In this document: positions 18,643-27,329 of the stretch, in pieces
Layout: each line of letters opens with the position of its first letter
How positions within the stretch are numbered: the first letter of the stretch is position 1
Source: a virus
Lineage: Duplodnaviria; Caudoviricetes
Strand: one strand, 5' to 3'
Length of the DNA: 37,935 nucleotides
Virus record (IMG/VR): IMGVR_UViG_3300036546_000028
Location: 1 to 37,935 of that record
Position numbers and translations under genes: made by a program
Notes under the pieces: generated by a model
Told to the model about the DNA's origin: nothing
Database searches by the model: none
Seen by the model: the letters and a program-made list of their open reading frames with translations, nothing else

Positions 18643-18723
18643 ATGGAAAAGGGCGAGGCCCCTTGTAGAGACACGCGCCCGTATATGAATGTTCGTGTAC
18701 GCATTTCATGCCGTAGCACATAG

Positions 18724-19605
18724 TTACTTGTCCCACCTTGACCGTTTGAAACGCGGATGGCGAAGGCTCCCGTCCTTTGTCTTGGACTTGAAGAGCACCT
18801 CGATCATCAGCGGTCTTTCTTCTGGTTTCTCCCACCAGTGCCGCAACTGGTCATGAGTAGCGCGACCAGGGGCTACCTCAACAACACCATTGGGTGCGCC
18901 AGGAAGGGCACATACGAATGCGCCTACGCATCCTTTGAGCTTGCCCTTCCCTTCCACAACGTGGCTGACTACGAGGTCCAGGGTTTCATCGAGAACACCT
19001 TTCACCCACTCGTTTGCTGCCTTCTTGCCGAACAGGTAATGTCCGTCCCTCCGCTTGAAGACACAGCCTTCATAGCCTCTGTCGTTCAGCTTCTTGACGA
19101 ACGCCTCAAGGTCTTCAACAGAGTCGAAGTGAGGGCAGGTTTCGGCAGGAACTAACCGGAGCAACTTTGGCCTGACTTCCTGAAAGGCGTGGACAAGCAG
19201 CAGGTGCCGCTCAATCCACGTCAGGCCCGGGCAGGTGAAGTCGAAGACGTGGTAAAGCAGTCCGCTCATATCCACGTCTGACTCACGGAACAATTGTTCC
19301 ATCACGGACGCGAAGACCTCGCCGGACATCTCACCATCCAAGTGGAACATGCCGCTCCCCACACGCCGCGCTATGGCAGCGTGAAGGGCCACTGCTTCGT
19401 CCTGGAAGATGTGGAAGTTCGGGTAGACCTTCGCGTTCCGTGAATAGAACTGGAGGTGTTCAGGGTCGAACAAGGTGCGGACGCCATCGTGCTTTATCTG
19501 CCAGATGTAGTCCTGAAAGTTCGCCTGTTTGACGAACCTTTCGTAGTCGGGATGGGGCTGTTGGGTTTTGATGGGAGAAGCAGCAATCAACTGCTTCTTT
19601 GCCAT
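18724..19605 (-). CDS. ATP-dependent DNA ligase
   Basis: KHDGVR (motif I), LDGE, FDF, EGCVFK, GKGK..G..GA, SLRHPRF; start set at MAKKQ. Confidence 0.9.
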   Translation of the reverse strand: MAKKQLIAASPIKTQQPHPDYERFVKQANFQDYIWQIKHDGVRTLFDPEHLQFYSRNAKVYPNFHIFQDEAVALHAAIARRVGSGMFHLDGEMSGEVFASVMEQLFRESDVDMSGLLYHVFDFTCPGLTWIERHLLLVHAFQEVRPKLLRLVPAETCPHFDSVEDLEAFVKKLNDRGYEGCVFKRRDGHYLFGKKAANEWVKGVLDETLDLVVSHVVEGKGKLKGCVGAFVCALPGAPNGVVEVAPGRATHDQLRHWWEKPEERPLMIEVLFKSKTKDGSLRHPRFKRSRWDK

Positions 19606-19615
19606 TATCCAATCC

Positions 19616-19963
19616 CTATCGGTTGTCTCCATTCCCACGAATGACACCACGGTCCTTGCGGTCATAGAGTTTCTGGATGTTCTTTTCGGCCACCTCGTGG
19701 AGAGTAAGACCGTGGAGACGCGCAAGCTCAGAGACGAACCACAGGACATCACCGAGTTCCTTGCAAACCTCGTCTTTCGAAACAGGTGCCTTGTCACCAC
19801 GGAAGACCTTGCCGATCTTTCCGCACACCTCGCCAGCTTCACCGGACAGGCCGGTGGTCAGGTAGGCAAGTGCGGTTTCTTTAGGATAGATTGCAGTGCC
19901 AGAAGCCAGTTTCTGGTATGTGTCGAAAGCGGATGCTGTCGGAATTATGTGTGTATTTGTCAT
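19616..19963 (-). CDS. mazG: MazG-like nucleotide pyrophosphohydrolase
   Basis: GLSGEAGEV..K..K..R, KELGDVLWFV, N..KL.DR..RG.I.G.GD.R. Confidence 0.9.
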   Translation of the reverse strand: MTNTHIIPTASAFDTYQKLASGTAIYPKETALAYLTTGLSGEAGEVCGKIGKVFRGDKAPVSKDEVCKELGDVLWFVSELARLHGLTLHEVAEKNIQKLYDRKDRGVIRGNGDNR

Positions 19964-19974
19964 TATTACTTGCC

Positions 19975-20598
19975 CTATCGTTGCATCATTGAAGCTGTTA
20001 CAGCGTGTTCAGGGAGAACCGGAGGGAACTCAGTCAGAGTATTGTGTGGCCGGTCATCGAACTCCGTGTTCAGACCACGGCACCAGTAGGTGTAAAGAGC
20101 AATGGCGCACCATGCCACAGACAGCAGGTGATGCTGGTGGTCATCCGGTGCATAGTCCTCTCCGGACATCCATGCCCATGCATGTCGCTGCATGGCACCG
20201 AACAGGCGCGTGAAGCCCATGCCTTTCTCCCAGTTGCGGTCAGCGTATTTAGCCGCTCCCATGCGGTACAGTTCTGCCAGGCCAAAGAGAGCCTCAGGCG
20301 GAATGAGGTCAAACCGAGGTTTGCCGTTGTCGTACTTGGTGCCACCACCTTCGCGTTCTGCTTTCATCGGAGTGTTCTCTACAGCAGCCTCTTCCTTGAC
20401 AGGTGTGTTTGCGTACACAGGAATGATTGTGAAGCCGACGGCATTAGGATGTGTGAAGAAGAACGAGCTGATCTCACTGTGTACCGAGGCATCAGCAAGC
20501 CAGCAGCCGGAGGCACGGCCTTTTCCCTTACAGATTGGGTCTGTTACGTCTTTGTCTGCGCAGTTATCGCAGTATTTATATATGGTTAAGGCTTCCAT
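19975..20598 (-). CDS. dATP/dGTP diphosphohydrolase-domain protein (DUF5664-like) with Cys-rich N-terminus
   Basis: KYDNGKPRFDLIP, GAAKYADRNWEKG, AMQRH..AW..GED....HHL, DDR. Confidence 0.82.
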   Translation of the reverse strand: MEALTIYKYCDNCADKDVTDPICKGKGRASGCWLADASVHSEISSFFFTHPNAVGFTIIPVYANTPVKEEAAVENTPMKAEREGGGTKYDNGKPRFDLIPPEALFGLAELYRMGAAKYADRNWEKGMGFTRLFGAMQRHAWAWMSGEDYAPDDHQHHLLSVAWCAIALYTYWCRGLNTEFDDRPHNTLTEFPPVLPEHAVTASMMQR

Positions 20599-21380
20599 AA
20601 AATCGGTCTCCTGTTCTTGAAGTCGTAATCTGATGCACGGAGAATCCGCGCCACACGCGCCTGTGTCAGTGCCTCTTCTTCGCCAAGCTTTGCCTTTTCA
20701 AAAGCGGCGACGACGGTTGCCCATGCTTCCCCCAGAGAGGTCGTCATGAAAATACCGTCGTCGCTCACGTCAAAGTGTTCAGCCAGAAGTTTCTCGGCCT
20801 TCACAGGGCCAATTCCAGGGCATCCAGGGTAGCCGTCAGTGGTGTCCCCAGTGAGCGTCTGGATGAGATGCCAGTAGTCGGCCTCGTCCTCGCTGATTTC
20901 AACGATGCCCTTCTCAGGTTTTCCGAAGTTGTAGAAAAGACCAGGTATGGTCTTCATGTCCTTATCCAGAGAAGCGATGATTCTCTCCTTCGCCTTTACG
21001 ATCACCTTGGATGTCGCAAGTATGCCCTGCACGTCATCGCCTTCCAGACCAGGACGTCGGAAGGTATCGAACTCTTCCATGAGGAACGCTTTCAGGACAG
21101 GCAGTAGCATCGGCTTGCGCTTGTCCACACGGTTCGACTTGTATGCGGGGTACACATCCTTGCGGAAGTTATGGTCGTCGTCGGACAGGGCGATGATTAC
21201 TTTGTCTGCTTCGACAGCATCCTGAAGATTGAGGACGCGCTCCTCCAGGGCGACTTCTGCTGGCCCTTGCTCAACGTGAAGTGTCCAGAAGCCGTCGCCC
21301 CAGTGGATCGGTTTCTCTTCTTTTGCAGCGATCTGGTAGGCGAGGATGTCACCGTCGATGATGACCACTCGGTCCAGCAT
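20586..21380 (-). CDS. 5'-3' exonuclease (gp6-like)
   Basis: IDGDILAY, NFRK.V.P.YK.NR, LEGDDV.GI, DKDMKTIPG, GDTTDGYPGCPGIG, QARVARILR. Confidence 0.95.
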   Translation of the reverse strand: MLDRVVIIDGDILAYQIAAKEEKPIHWGDGFWTLHVEQGPAEVALEERVLNLQDAVEADKVIIALSDDDHNFRKDVYPAYKSNRVDKRKPMLLPVLKAFLMEEFDTFRRPGLEGDDVQGILATSKVIVKAKERIIASLDKDMKTIPGLFYNFGKPEKGIVEISEDEADYWHLIQTLTGDTTDGYPGCPGIGPVKAEKLLAEHFDVSDDGIFMTTSLGEAWATVVAAFEKAKLGEEEALTQARVARILRASDYDFKNRRPILWKP

Positions 21381-21541
21381 TACAGCTTCTCTCCCTTCTT
21401 TAAGGCTTTCCACCAATCTCGATAAACCTCGTGCAGCGGTTCTTCCTTCCACAGTTCACTCACAGCTACCCACAGCCAGTAGAAGGGGAGAACAGGAGCG
21501 AAACAAACGCAGAACACACGGAACTTGATACGGTCCAGCAT
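21380..21541 (-). CDS. Small membrane protein (53 aa)
   Basis: Hand-translated MLDRIKFRVFCVCFAPVLPFYWLWVAVSELW...; TAATG overlaps at both ends; GGAGG SD. Confidence 0.7.
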   Translation of the reverse strand: MLDRIKFRVFCVCFAPVLPFYWLWVAVSELWKEEPLHEVYRDWWKALKKGEKL

Positions 21542-22311
21542 TAGATCACCTCCGGAACCATATAACCACGCTTGCAGAGAGCCTGAATCATGAACTTTGC
21601 ACCAGCGGGTGTGAAGTCGTAGTCAACTCCGGTACGCGCTCCTTCACGGTCTACCACCAGACTTGCACGGTAGGCGTTAGAGGTGGGAACGTATCGCATT
21701 TCAAAGTCCCACACGCCGCCACAGTCTTTTTTCACGAGGAGACCTTCTGCCATTGCCACTGCACGGAAGGTGGTGTAGGAGACCTTCAACATGCCAGCCA
21801 GCACAGTCGGCTTGAACCGCTGCATTTCACTGGTGAGGTTGTCGGTGCAGATGACCTTGGGTTTTGCTTCGGCAAGCTGCTTGTTCTTCTCAGCGATCTC
21901 CAGGTTCTTCTGCTCGATGATGTCGGCCATCTCACGGAGGAACTCAGGTGATGCCACGTTCTTGTTGATGTAGGCACCGTGCTTGCGGATGGAAGGCAGG
22001 ACTTCGGAAGTCACCCACTTCTTGAACTTCTTGGCTTCCGGTTTGCGGGACCGGAGGACCAGGGAGTACAGGCCGGATTCGTTGATGATGGAAACCGCAC
22101 GAACCTGATCCGTATACTGTACGGGGCAGGTCGAACGCTCATCATCATCCAGCAGTTTCGAGAGGTTGCTGGTATCAATAGTAAGCGCGTCACACACGTC
22201 CTTGGCGACGAACCAGATTTCACCGTCGTTACCCTTAAGAACGCGGATAACGCCAAACATTTCGTGATTGAACTCAGCCGGTACCATTTCGTTAAACTTG
22301 TTCTCGCTCAT
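21541..22311 (-). CDS. BRO-N domain antirepressor-like protein
   Basis: WFVAKDVCDAL, INESGLYSLVLRSRKPEAKKFKKWVTSEVLPSIRKHGAY, coiled coil then AKPKV. Confidence 0.9.
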   Translation of the reverse strand: MSENKFNEMVPAEFNHEMFGVIRVLKGNDGEIWFVAKDVCDALTIDTSNLSKLLDDDERSTCPVQYTDQVRAVSIINESGLYSLVLRSRKPEAKKFKKWVTSEVLPSIRKHGAYINKNVASPEFLREMADIIEQKNLEIAEKNKQLAEAKPKVICTDNLTSEMQRFKPTVLAGMLKVSYTTFRAVAMAEGLLVKKDCGGVWDFEMRYVPTSNAYRASLVVDREGARTGVDYDFTPAGAKFMIQALCKRGYMVPEVI

Positions 22312-22345
22312 TCCTTTCTCCTTTTGAGCCTTGATGTTTCTGAAA

Positions 22346-22385
22346 CGAGAAAAGGACAGGCCAACCTAATGACCTGTCCTTCTCG
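22346..22385 (-). terminator. Terminator-like hairpin in the antirepressor leader
   Basis: Minus strand CGAGAAGGACAGGTCA-TTAGGT-TGGCCTGTCCTTTTCTCG. Confidence 0.6.
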
Positions 22386-22451
22386 CTTGTTGTGTTGAAT
22401 GAGGTGTTCATGCTTAGAACTCTTCACCTCACCCATATGGCAGCCGTGGGG

Positions 22452-22472
22452 CTTATTCAGTGCGTCTTAATT
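22452..22472 (-). promoter_or_regulatory. Phage RNAP promoter
   Basis: AATTAAGACGCACTGAATAAG, identical to the copy at 32774-32794. Confidence 0.9.
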
Positions 22473-22511
22473 CTAAGACATTGGTTTATCTGTGGTGGAA
22501 CCTAATTGAAT

Positions 22512-23047
22512 CTAGTGTGTTTCCGCCCAGTTACTTCCTATCTTGTATTCGCCGTCCAGAGGGCAGCGGAAGTTGAACGACTCACCTGCCTTGCGGATGG
22601 CGTTGACGGCAGTTTCACCGACCACATGTGCAAGATGCTCACGTGCGATTGTCTGGTATTCGTCATGGACGTGAGCGGCTTGCCATACGTCAACATCATA
22701 AGGGGCAAGTGCAGGGTACTGCGGAAGCACGAGATCACCTCGGTCTTCCAAGTCACGCCACAGGATGACCGTGGCTTCCTTCATGATGAGCGCACCCGCT
22801 GACTGGAGCAGTGTGTTTAGCGCGGAGTGTTCCGACCGGACATGGAGGTGTCTTCCGTCAAGTCCGACGAGGTAGCCGCGTTTCTTGACCGCTGCCTTCA
22901 CGTCTTCAACAAGACGTTTGAGTGCTGGCATGGAGTCCAGGAAGGTCTTTCGCAGCTTTGCACCTATCTTCCGCTTTTTCTCAGGAGAAGCGTCAGGCTC
23001 CAGAAGTCCACCAAGGAGTTCGTCCCCTGCGCCATACAAGAATGCAT
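22512..23047 (-). CDS. DNA polymerase (family A, gp5-like), exon 2
   Basis: AFLYGAGD, GLDGR, ALNTLLQSAGA, HVHDE (motif C), NWAETH. Confidence 0.95.
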
Positions 23048-23763
23048 CGTTAGTGTTCAAGGAGGGACGCCACACCCTCCCCCGCGCCTTTACGCGCTGC
23101 TTACTGTCACCAGTAAGACCAGACTATATCATCACCCTAATAGGGGCCACGCGCTTCGACCGACAGTAGCTTTCGGCCTACTCCTTTCGGATAGTCGTTG
23201 CACCTTCCAAATACTGAATAGCCGTTGATAACGCCTCCGTGTTATCATTAAACAAACCGAGTGCGCGGTTACAGTTGTGACGCAACAGTCCACGTACTTT
23301 ACCTGTTACATGACAATGATCTACCACCAGCTTTATCTTGTGGCGTTCCTTGTTCATAAGGAAACCTTCACCTCCACAAATAGCGCAACGGTGATTCTGC
23401 TTTTCAAGCATCTCTTTATAGTCAGTTAACGAGATGCCGTATGTGCGTCTTAGATAATTGTCTGTGTGCACTTGCTCTGTGCATTCGTCAGAGCAATACA
23501 AGTGAGACGGGGCAAGCGGTTCAAACATCTTGCCGCACAAGCGACAAGGTTTAGGATTGAACCGTTTCTGAGGATATTTAGCAGGACGTGCTGTATAAGA
23601 ATCAGCACCAGGGTTGCCACGAGCGTACAAATGTAGCTACCTCCTTTGGAGGCGTTTCGTGACATTCAGTATTTGGCTTGGCTCAGGATTGTCTCAATGA
23701 GAGTTTCCCTGAGTTCACGTGGTTTTTGTCATCCAAGTTACCTTGGAAGTCATCCGTGCTTTC
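23048..23763 (-). mobile_element. Group I intron (716 nt, IA2-like) in the DNA polymerase gene
   Basis: Exon ends in U and intron ends in G. P1 UCAUCU/GGAUGA; P2 UCCAAG/CUUGGA; CUCAGG/CCUGAG pairing in the P4-P5 region; R GCAACGACUA; S GAUAUAGUCU; P7.1/P7.2 and P9/9.1/9.2 hairpins. Splicing gives KRFI-Y-AFLYGAG (1351+536=1887 nt, 628 aa). Confidence 0.95.
23178..23630 (-). CDS. Intron-encoded endonuclease VII-type (His-Me/HNH-related) homing endonuclease
   Basis: YGISL..Y..ML..Q..RCAIC, VVDHCHVTGKVRGLL..NCN.ALG; N-terminal C..C/CS..C zinc finger; TTG start after AGGAGGT. Confidence 0.85.
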   Translation of the reverse strand: MYARGNPGADSYTARPAKYPQKRFNPKPCRLCGKMFEPLAPSHLYCSDECTEQVHTDNYLRRTYGISLTDYKEMLEKQNHRCAICGGEGFLMNKERHKIKLVVDHCHVTGKVRGLLRHNCNRALGLFNDNTEALSTAIQYLEGATTIRKE

Positions 23764-25114
23764 AGATGAATCGTTTCGCGATCTTGTTACGTGCCCAGTT
23801 GTGGTGGTCGTTATCTTCGTCGCGCTCGGTACCTTTAGCCACCAGTCCCAAAGCCTGGGTGTTCGCCCAGTGGATGTCACCGTTCAGGATCACTTCCACG
23901 TAGGCACCGCCGTCATACTTTGCGACGTAGTGCCCCAGGCAACGAAGCTCCAGGCCGGATGCGTCACACCCCACCACCACGTAACCAGGAGGAGCGTGAA
24001 AGAGTTCCCTGCACTCATGGCCGTAAGGGACGCCTACACTCGGCACCTGGGCCACGTTAGGTGTGGAATGGGTGCATCTTCCTGTCACTGCGCCGTTGGT
24101 GATGACACGTCCGTGGATGCGCCCGTTGCGCTCCAGCTTGAGCCACCCGTTCTTTCCTTCAGCAACCTGTCCGATACGCTTCTCAACCATCAGGTATTCA
24201 TTCAGGAGCTTCGCCTCTGGGTAGTCCAGTGTTTTGAGAATCTTTTCTGATACTTCCGGCTGTCCGGCAGGAGTGAATTGCGTAGGCTTCCATCCGTATC
24301 TCTGCTTGAGCCTGTCAGCTATCTGCTGTCTGCTACCAGGATTGAACGGGACGATCTTCACCTTCTCTGTTGGGACGCCTTTAACGTATCCAAGCTTCCT
24401 GTTGTTTGCCTTGGGGACGAACGGTGTCCTTACCTCTTGCGGAGGGAACACACTCTGGAGTTCCTGTTCAATCGCCAGTCTGCGCTGTACAAGCGTAGCG
24501 TAGAGTTCCTGTGCCTTCTGAGTACGGAAAGGAAAACCGAACACTTCCTGAAGGTTCAGTATAAGTTTGAAATCATGCTCCAGTTTGATGGAACGCTTGC
24601 TGTATTCCTTCGCAACGATCTTCTGCCAGAGCAGGTCTGTAACTTCGACGTCCTGTTCACAGTATGCTTGCATCTCAGGAGACCAGTGTTGCCAATCGGT
24701 CGTCTTACCGAACTCTCCTTTACGGTCTCCCAAACGGTAGCCCCATGCTTCGAGTTTGTGCGAACCGATGAGGTTCTTAGGGAACCATTTGTGTTTTCTG
24801 GCGAACCTGAAGTCACGGTCTTTCAGGTCGGGCCATATGAGGCGGGTGCAGACAATTGTGTCTATGATCTCGCCACGTGGAGACCACCCAGGATAAATCT
24901 TGGCAATGGCAGGTATATCGAAGTCGATGATGTTGTGACCTATGATGAGGTCTGCGTATTCAAGTTTTTCCAGTGCCTCCTCAAGACACACCTCGGCTCC
25001 ATGATCGTGGGCAGAGATGCGCTCCTGTGTCACAGGGTCTTTCATACAGAGCGAGTGCATGGTGTCCGTGACATCAAGAAGGCCATTCGTTTCGATGTCG
25101 AACACATAGGCCAT
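23764..25114 (-). CDS. DNA polymerase (family A, gp5-like), exon 1
   Basis: FDIETNG exonuclease motif, GHNIIDFD, YCEQDV, TGRCTHS.PN..QVP, DASGLELR (motif A), DIH; start at MAYVF after GGAGG. Confidence 0.95.
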
Positions 25115-25147
25115 GTTCCTTCCTCCAAAAAGAAAGAGGCCCACGGC

Positions 25148-26812
25148 CTAAAAGTCCGGTGAGCCTCCCTCGTTGGGTTCGTCTGATTCAAACGGGCAAT
25201 CGTCCCAGGAAAGGAGACGCCCCGTATCGTGGTTGTATTTTACGTATCCCGCCTCACCGAGCTTTCCGATGGGACGGTTCTTTAGGATTCTCAGTGTAGC
25301 TACGTCAGGGTCATCGCCCTGCTGGTTTCGCTCCAGTGCCACTACGATGTCCGACAGTTGCTCCAGTGAACCTGAGCCACGGAGATCGGACAGTGCCACC
25401 CTGCGCCCTTCATTGTAGGATTTGCCCATACCAGGCCGTTTGAGGTGAACGACGGCCAGGACACCTACGCCAGTGGCTTCGACCAGGGAACGGAGACGGG
25501 TCATGAACTTATCGATAACCTTACGCTCTGATTCCTCTTCTTCGTCGAGGCCGGAGACCACGATGGAGATGTGGTCAAGGATAATGAAGTCACACCCCAG
25601 GCCGACGATCATGTACCTGATCTTGCCCAGGAGTGTGTCAATGTCGGTGGAACCGAAGTGGTTGTAAATCCAGAACCTACCGCTGCCCATAGTGGCATCG
25701 AAGGCGTCCTTCAGTTGTTCCTCTGAGATGCCTTCACGCGTGATGTGGATGGGCTTGTTGAGATAGATTCCGGCGTACCGCTCTGCCGTCCGCTTGGCAC
25801 TCTCTTCAAGTGCAAGGATGCCAAGTGACAGGCCGTGGCGATTAAAGAGTTCATAGGCCAGTTCATTTACGAAGGTGGACTTCCCGATACCGGAGCCAGC
25901 CGTGAACAGGACAAGCTCCTTCTTGCGGATGCCGAATACCTTTTCGTTGAAATCAGGGTACGAGACTTCGTAACCTGGGACAGGCTCCTTCTTGAACTCG
26001 TCCCACAAATCTGCGCCATTGATGATGCCGTCAGGACGGAACACCTTGGCTCCCCACATGGCGTCAATCACTTCCTTTCCACGGCCAGCGCGAAGGCAGT
26101 CGTTCGGGTCTTTGAGCGGCAGTACGGCGATCTTTGCCTTGCCTGGAGTGATCAGCATGGCGCATTCTTCAGCGGCCTCGCGCCCAGGGTCGTCCATGTC
26201 GAAGCAGAAGATCACGGACTCGAACCCTTCGAGCCACTCGATGTTCTGCCTGATATATTTTGCTGCGCTCTGTGCTCCATTGGGCACGGAGACCACAGGC
26301 CACTTGTTACCCTGTAACTGCGAGACGGTCATACAGTCGATCTCGCCTTCACAGACGACCACCATTTTTCCGCTGTCACGCCACAGGTGCTGGCCCCAGA
26401 GTTGGAGTTCCTTTGCCTCACCACGCCATTTGAACTCTTTGTCTGGAGTGCGGATGTGCTGTGCGGCAAGTTTCCCTGAGTGGTCCCTGTAGGCAGCTAC
26501 CTGTACTGTCGTTCCGTTGTGCTTGCCGACTGTGTAGCCGAACTTTCTGCACGTTTCTTCGGTGATCCCGCGCTTTATGAGAGGACGGACTTCTCCAGCG
26601 TCGATGAGTTTGGTTCCCATCTTCTGCCTCTTCCTCGTTTGCGGTACTTCCTCTCCATCAGCCGGAACGTAATGCCCACAAGCGTGGCAATATCCGTGAC
26701 CATCTGTGTAGACAGCTAAGTTGTCTCCATTCAGGTCGCCTCCCTTCTCCTGACACGCAGGACATGGAGCGTGATGAGAGAAAGCACTGTCGTTTTCGTT
26801 GTGCTGCTTCAC
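25148..26812 (-). CDS. Primase-helicase (gp4-like)
   Basis: N-terminal C..C/C..C zinc finger, EGEID TOPRIM, FDMD, AGSGIGKST Walker A, ILDHISI, DLRGSGSLEQLSD. Confidence 0.97.
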   Translation of the reverse strand: MKQHNENDSAFSHHAPCPACQEKGGDLNGDNLAVYTDGHGYCHACGHYVPADGEEVPQTRKRQKMGTKLIDAGEVRPLIKRGITEETCRKFGYTVGKHNGTTVQVAAYRDHSGKLAAQHIRTPDKEFKWRGEAKELQLWGQHLWRDSGKMVVVCEGEIDCMTVSQLQGNKWPVVSVPNGAQSAAKYIRQNIEWLEGFESVIFCFDMDDPGREAAEECAMLITPGKAKIAVLPLKDPNDCLRAGRGKEVIDAMWGAKVFRPDGIINGADLWDEFKKEPVPGYEVSYPDFNEKVFGIRKKELVLFTAGSGIGKSTFVNELAYELFNRHGLSLGILALEESAKRTAERYAGIYLNKPIHITREGISEEQLKDAFDATMGSGRFWIYNHFGSTDIDTLLGKIRYMIVGLGCDFIILDHISIVVSGLDEEEESERKVIDKFMTRLRSLVEATGVGVLAVVHLKRPGMGKSYNEGRRVALSDLRGSGSLEQLSDIVVALERNQQGDDPDVATLRILKNRPIGKLGEAGYVKYNHDTGRLLSWDDCPFESDEPNEGGSPDF

Positions 26813-26843
26813 GACTTCTCTCTGTTTATTGGGCGTTAAACGC

Positions 26844-26883
26844 AGAGAGGCCGGACGCCACCTGAGTGATGTCCAGCCTCTCT
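26844..26883 (-). other. Long intergenic hairpin (putative RNase III processing site)
   Basis: AGAGAGGCTGGACATCAC-TCAG-GTGGCGTCCGGCCTCTCT with no U tract; lies between the amidase and primase genes. Confidence 0.5.
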
Positions 26884-26903
26884 AAGGAAGGGGAATGAAA
26901 CGC

Positions 26904-27329
26904 TTACATGCCTACTTCAGCCATCCATTCATGCACATTAAAACTCGGACACGCTTTGTGCGGGTTCACGTCACGGTGTCCGATGATCTTTGCGTCAGTG
27001 TATGTGGCTTTAAGTTCTTGCAGCAGCGTGTACAACGCCTCCATCTGTTCGGAAGTGAAGTTGTTTTCCGGTGTCTTCTTATCCTCGGCAACACCACCAA
27101 CAAGACAGACACCCACACTTCTGGAGTTGTATCCTTTCGCATGTGCTCCAGGCTCTTCCAGGCCGCGCCCAGGCTCCACCGTTCCATCTCTGCGGATGAC
27201 GAAGTGGTAGCCGATTTTCAGGAAACTACGGGCGCGGTGCCAGCGGTCGATTTCCTTGGCACCTATGTCCATCATGGGAGGCGTGGCCGAGCAGTGGACA
27301 ATGATAAGATCAGTCTTAGCTCTCGCCAT
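26904..27329 (-). CDS. N-acetylmuramoyl-L-alanine amidase (T7 gp3.5 lysozyme-like)
   Basis: VHCSAT, IGYHFVIRRDG, GAHAKGYN, GHRD, KACPSF. Confidence 0.96.
   Translation of the reverse strand: MARAKTDLIIVHCSATPPMMDIGAKEIDRWHRARSFLKIGYHFVIRRDGTVEPGRGLEEPGAHAKGYNSRSVGVCLVGGVAEDKKTPENNFTSEQMEALYTLLQELKATYTDAKIIGHRDVNPHKACPSFNVHEWMAEVGM

Noticed and set aside
18512-18721. Cys-rich ORF MCYGMKCVHEH... between ligase and thyX
   Set aside because: Overlaps the thyX-like gene by more than 100 nt and has no clear SD; cannot be supported, though not excluded
19616-25114. Z-base (2-aminoadenine) or deazaguanine DNA-modification system
   Set aside because: No PurZ, HD-domain dATPase, DpdA or Que genes in the window; the polymerase looks like ordinary gp5
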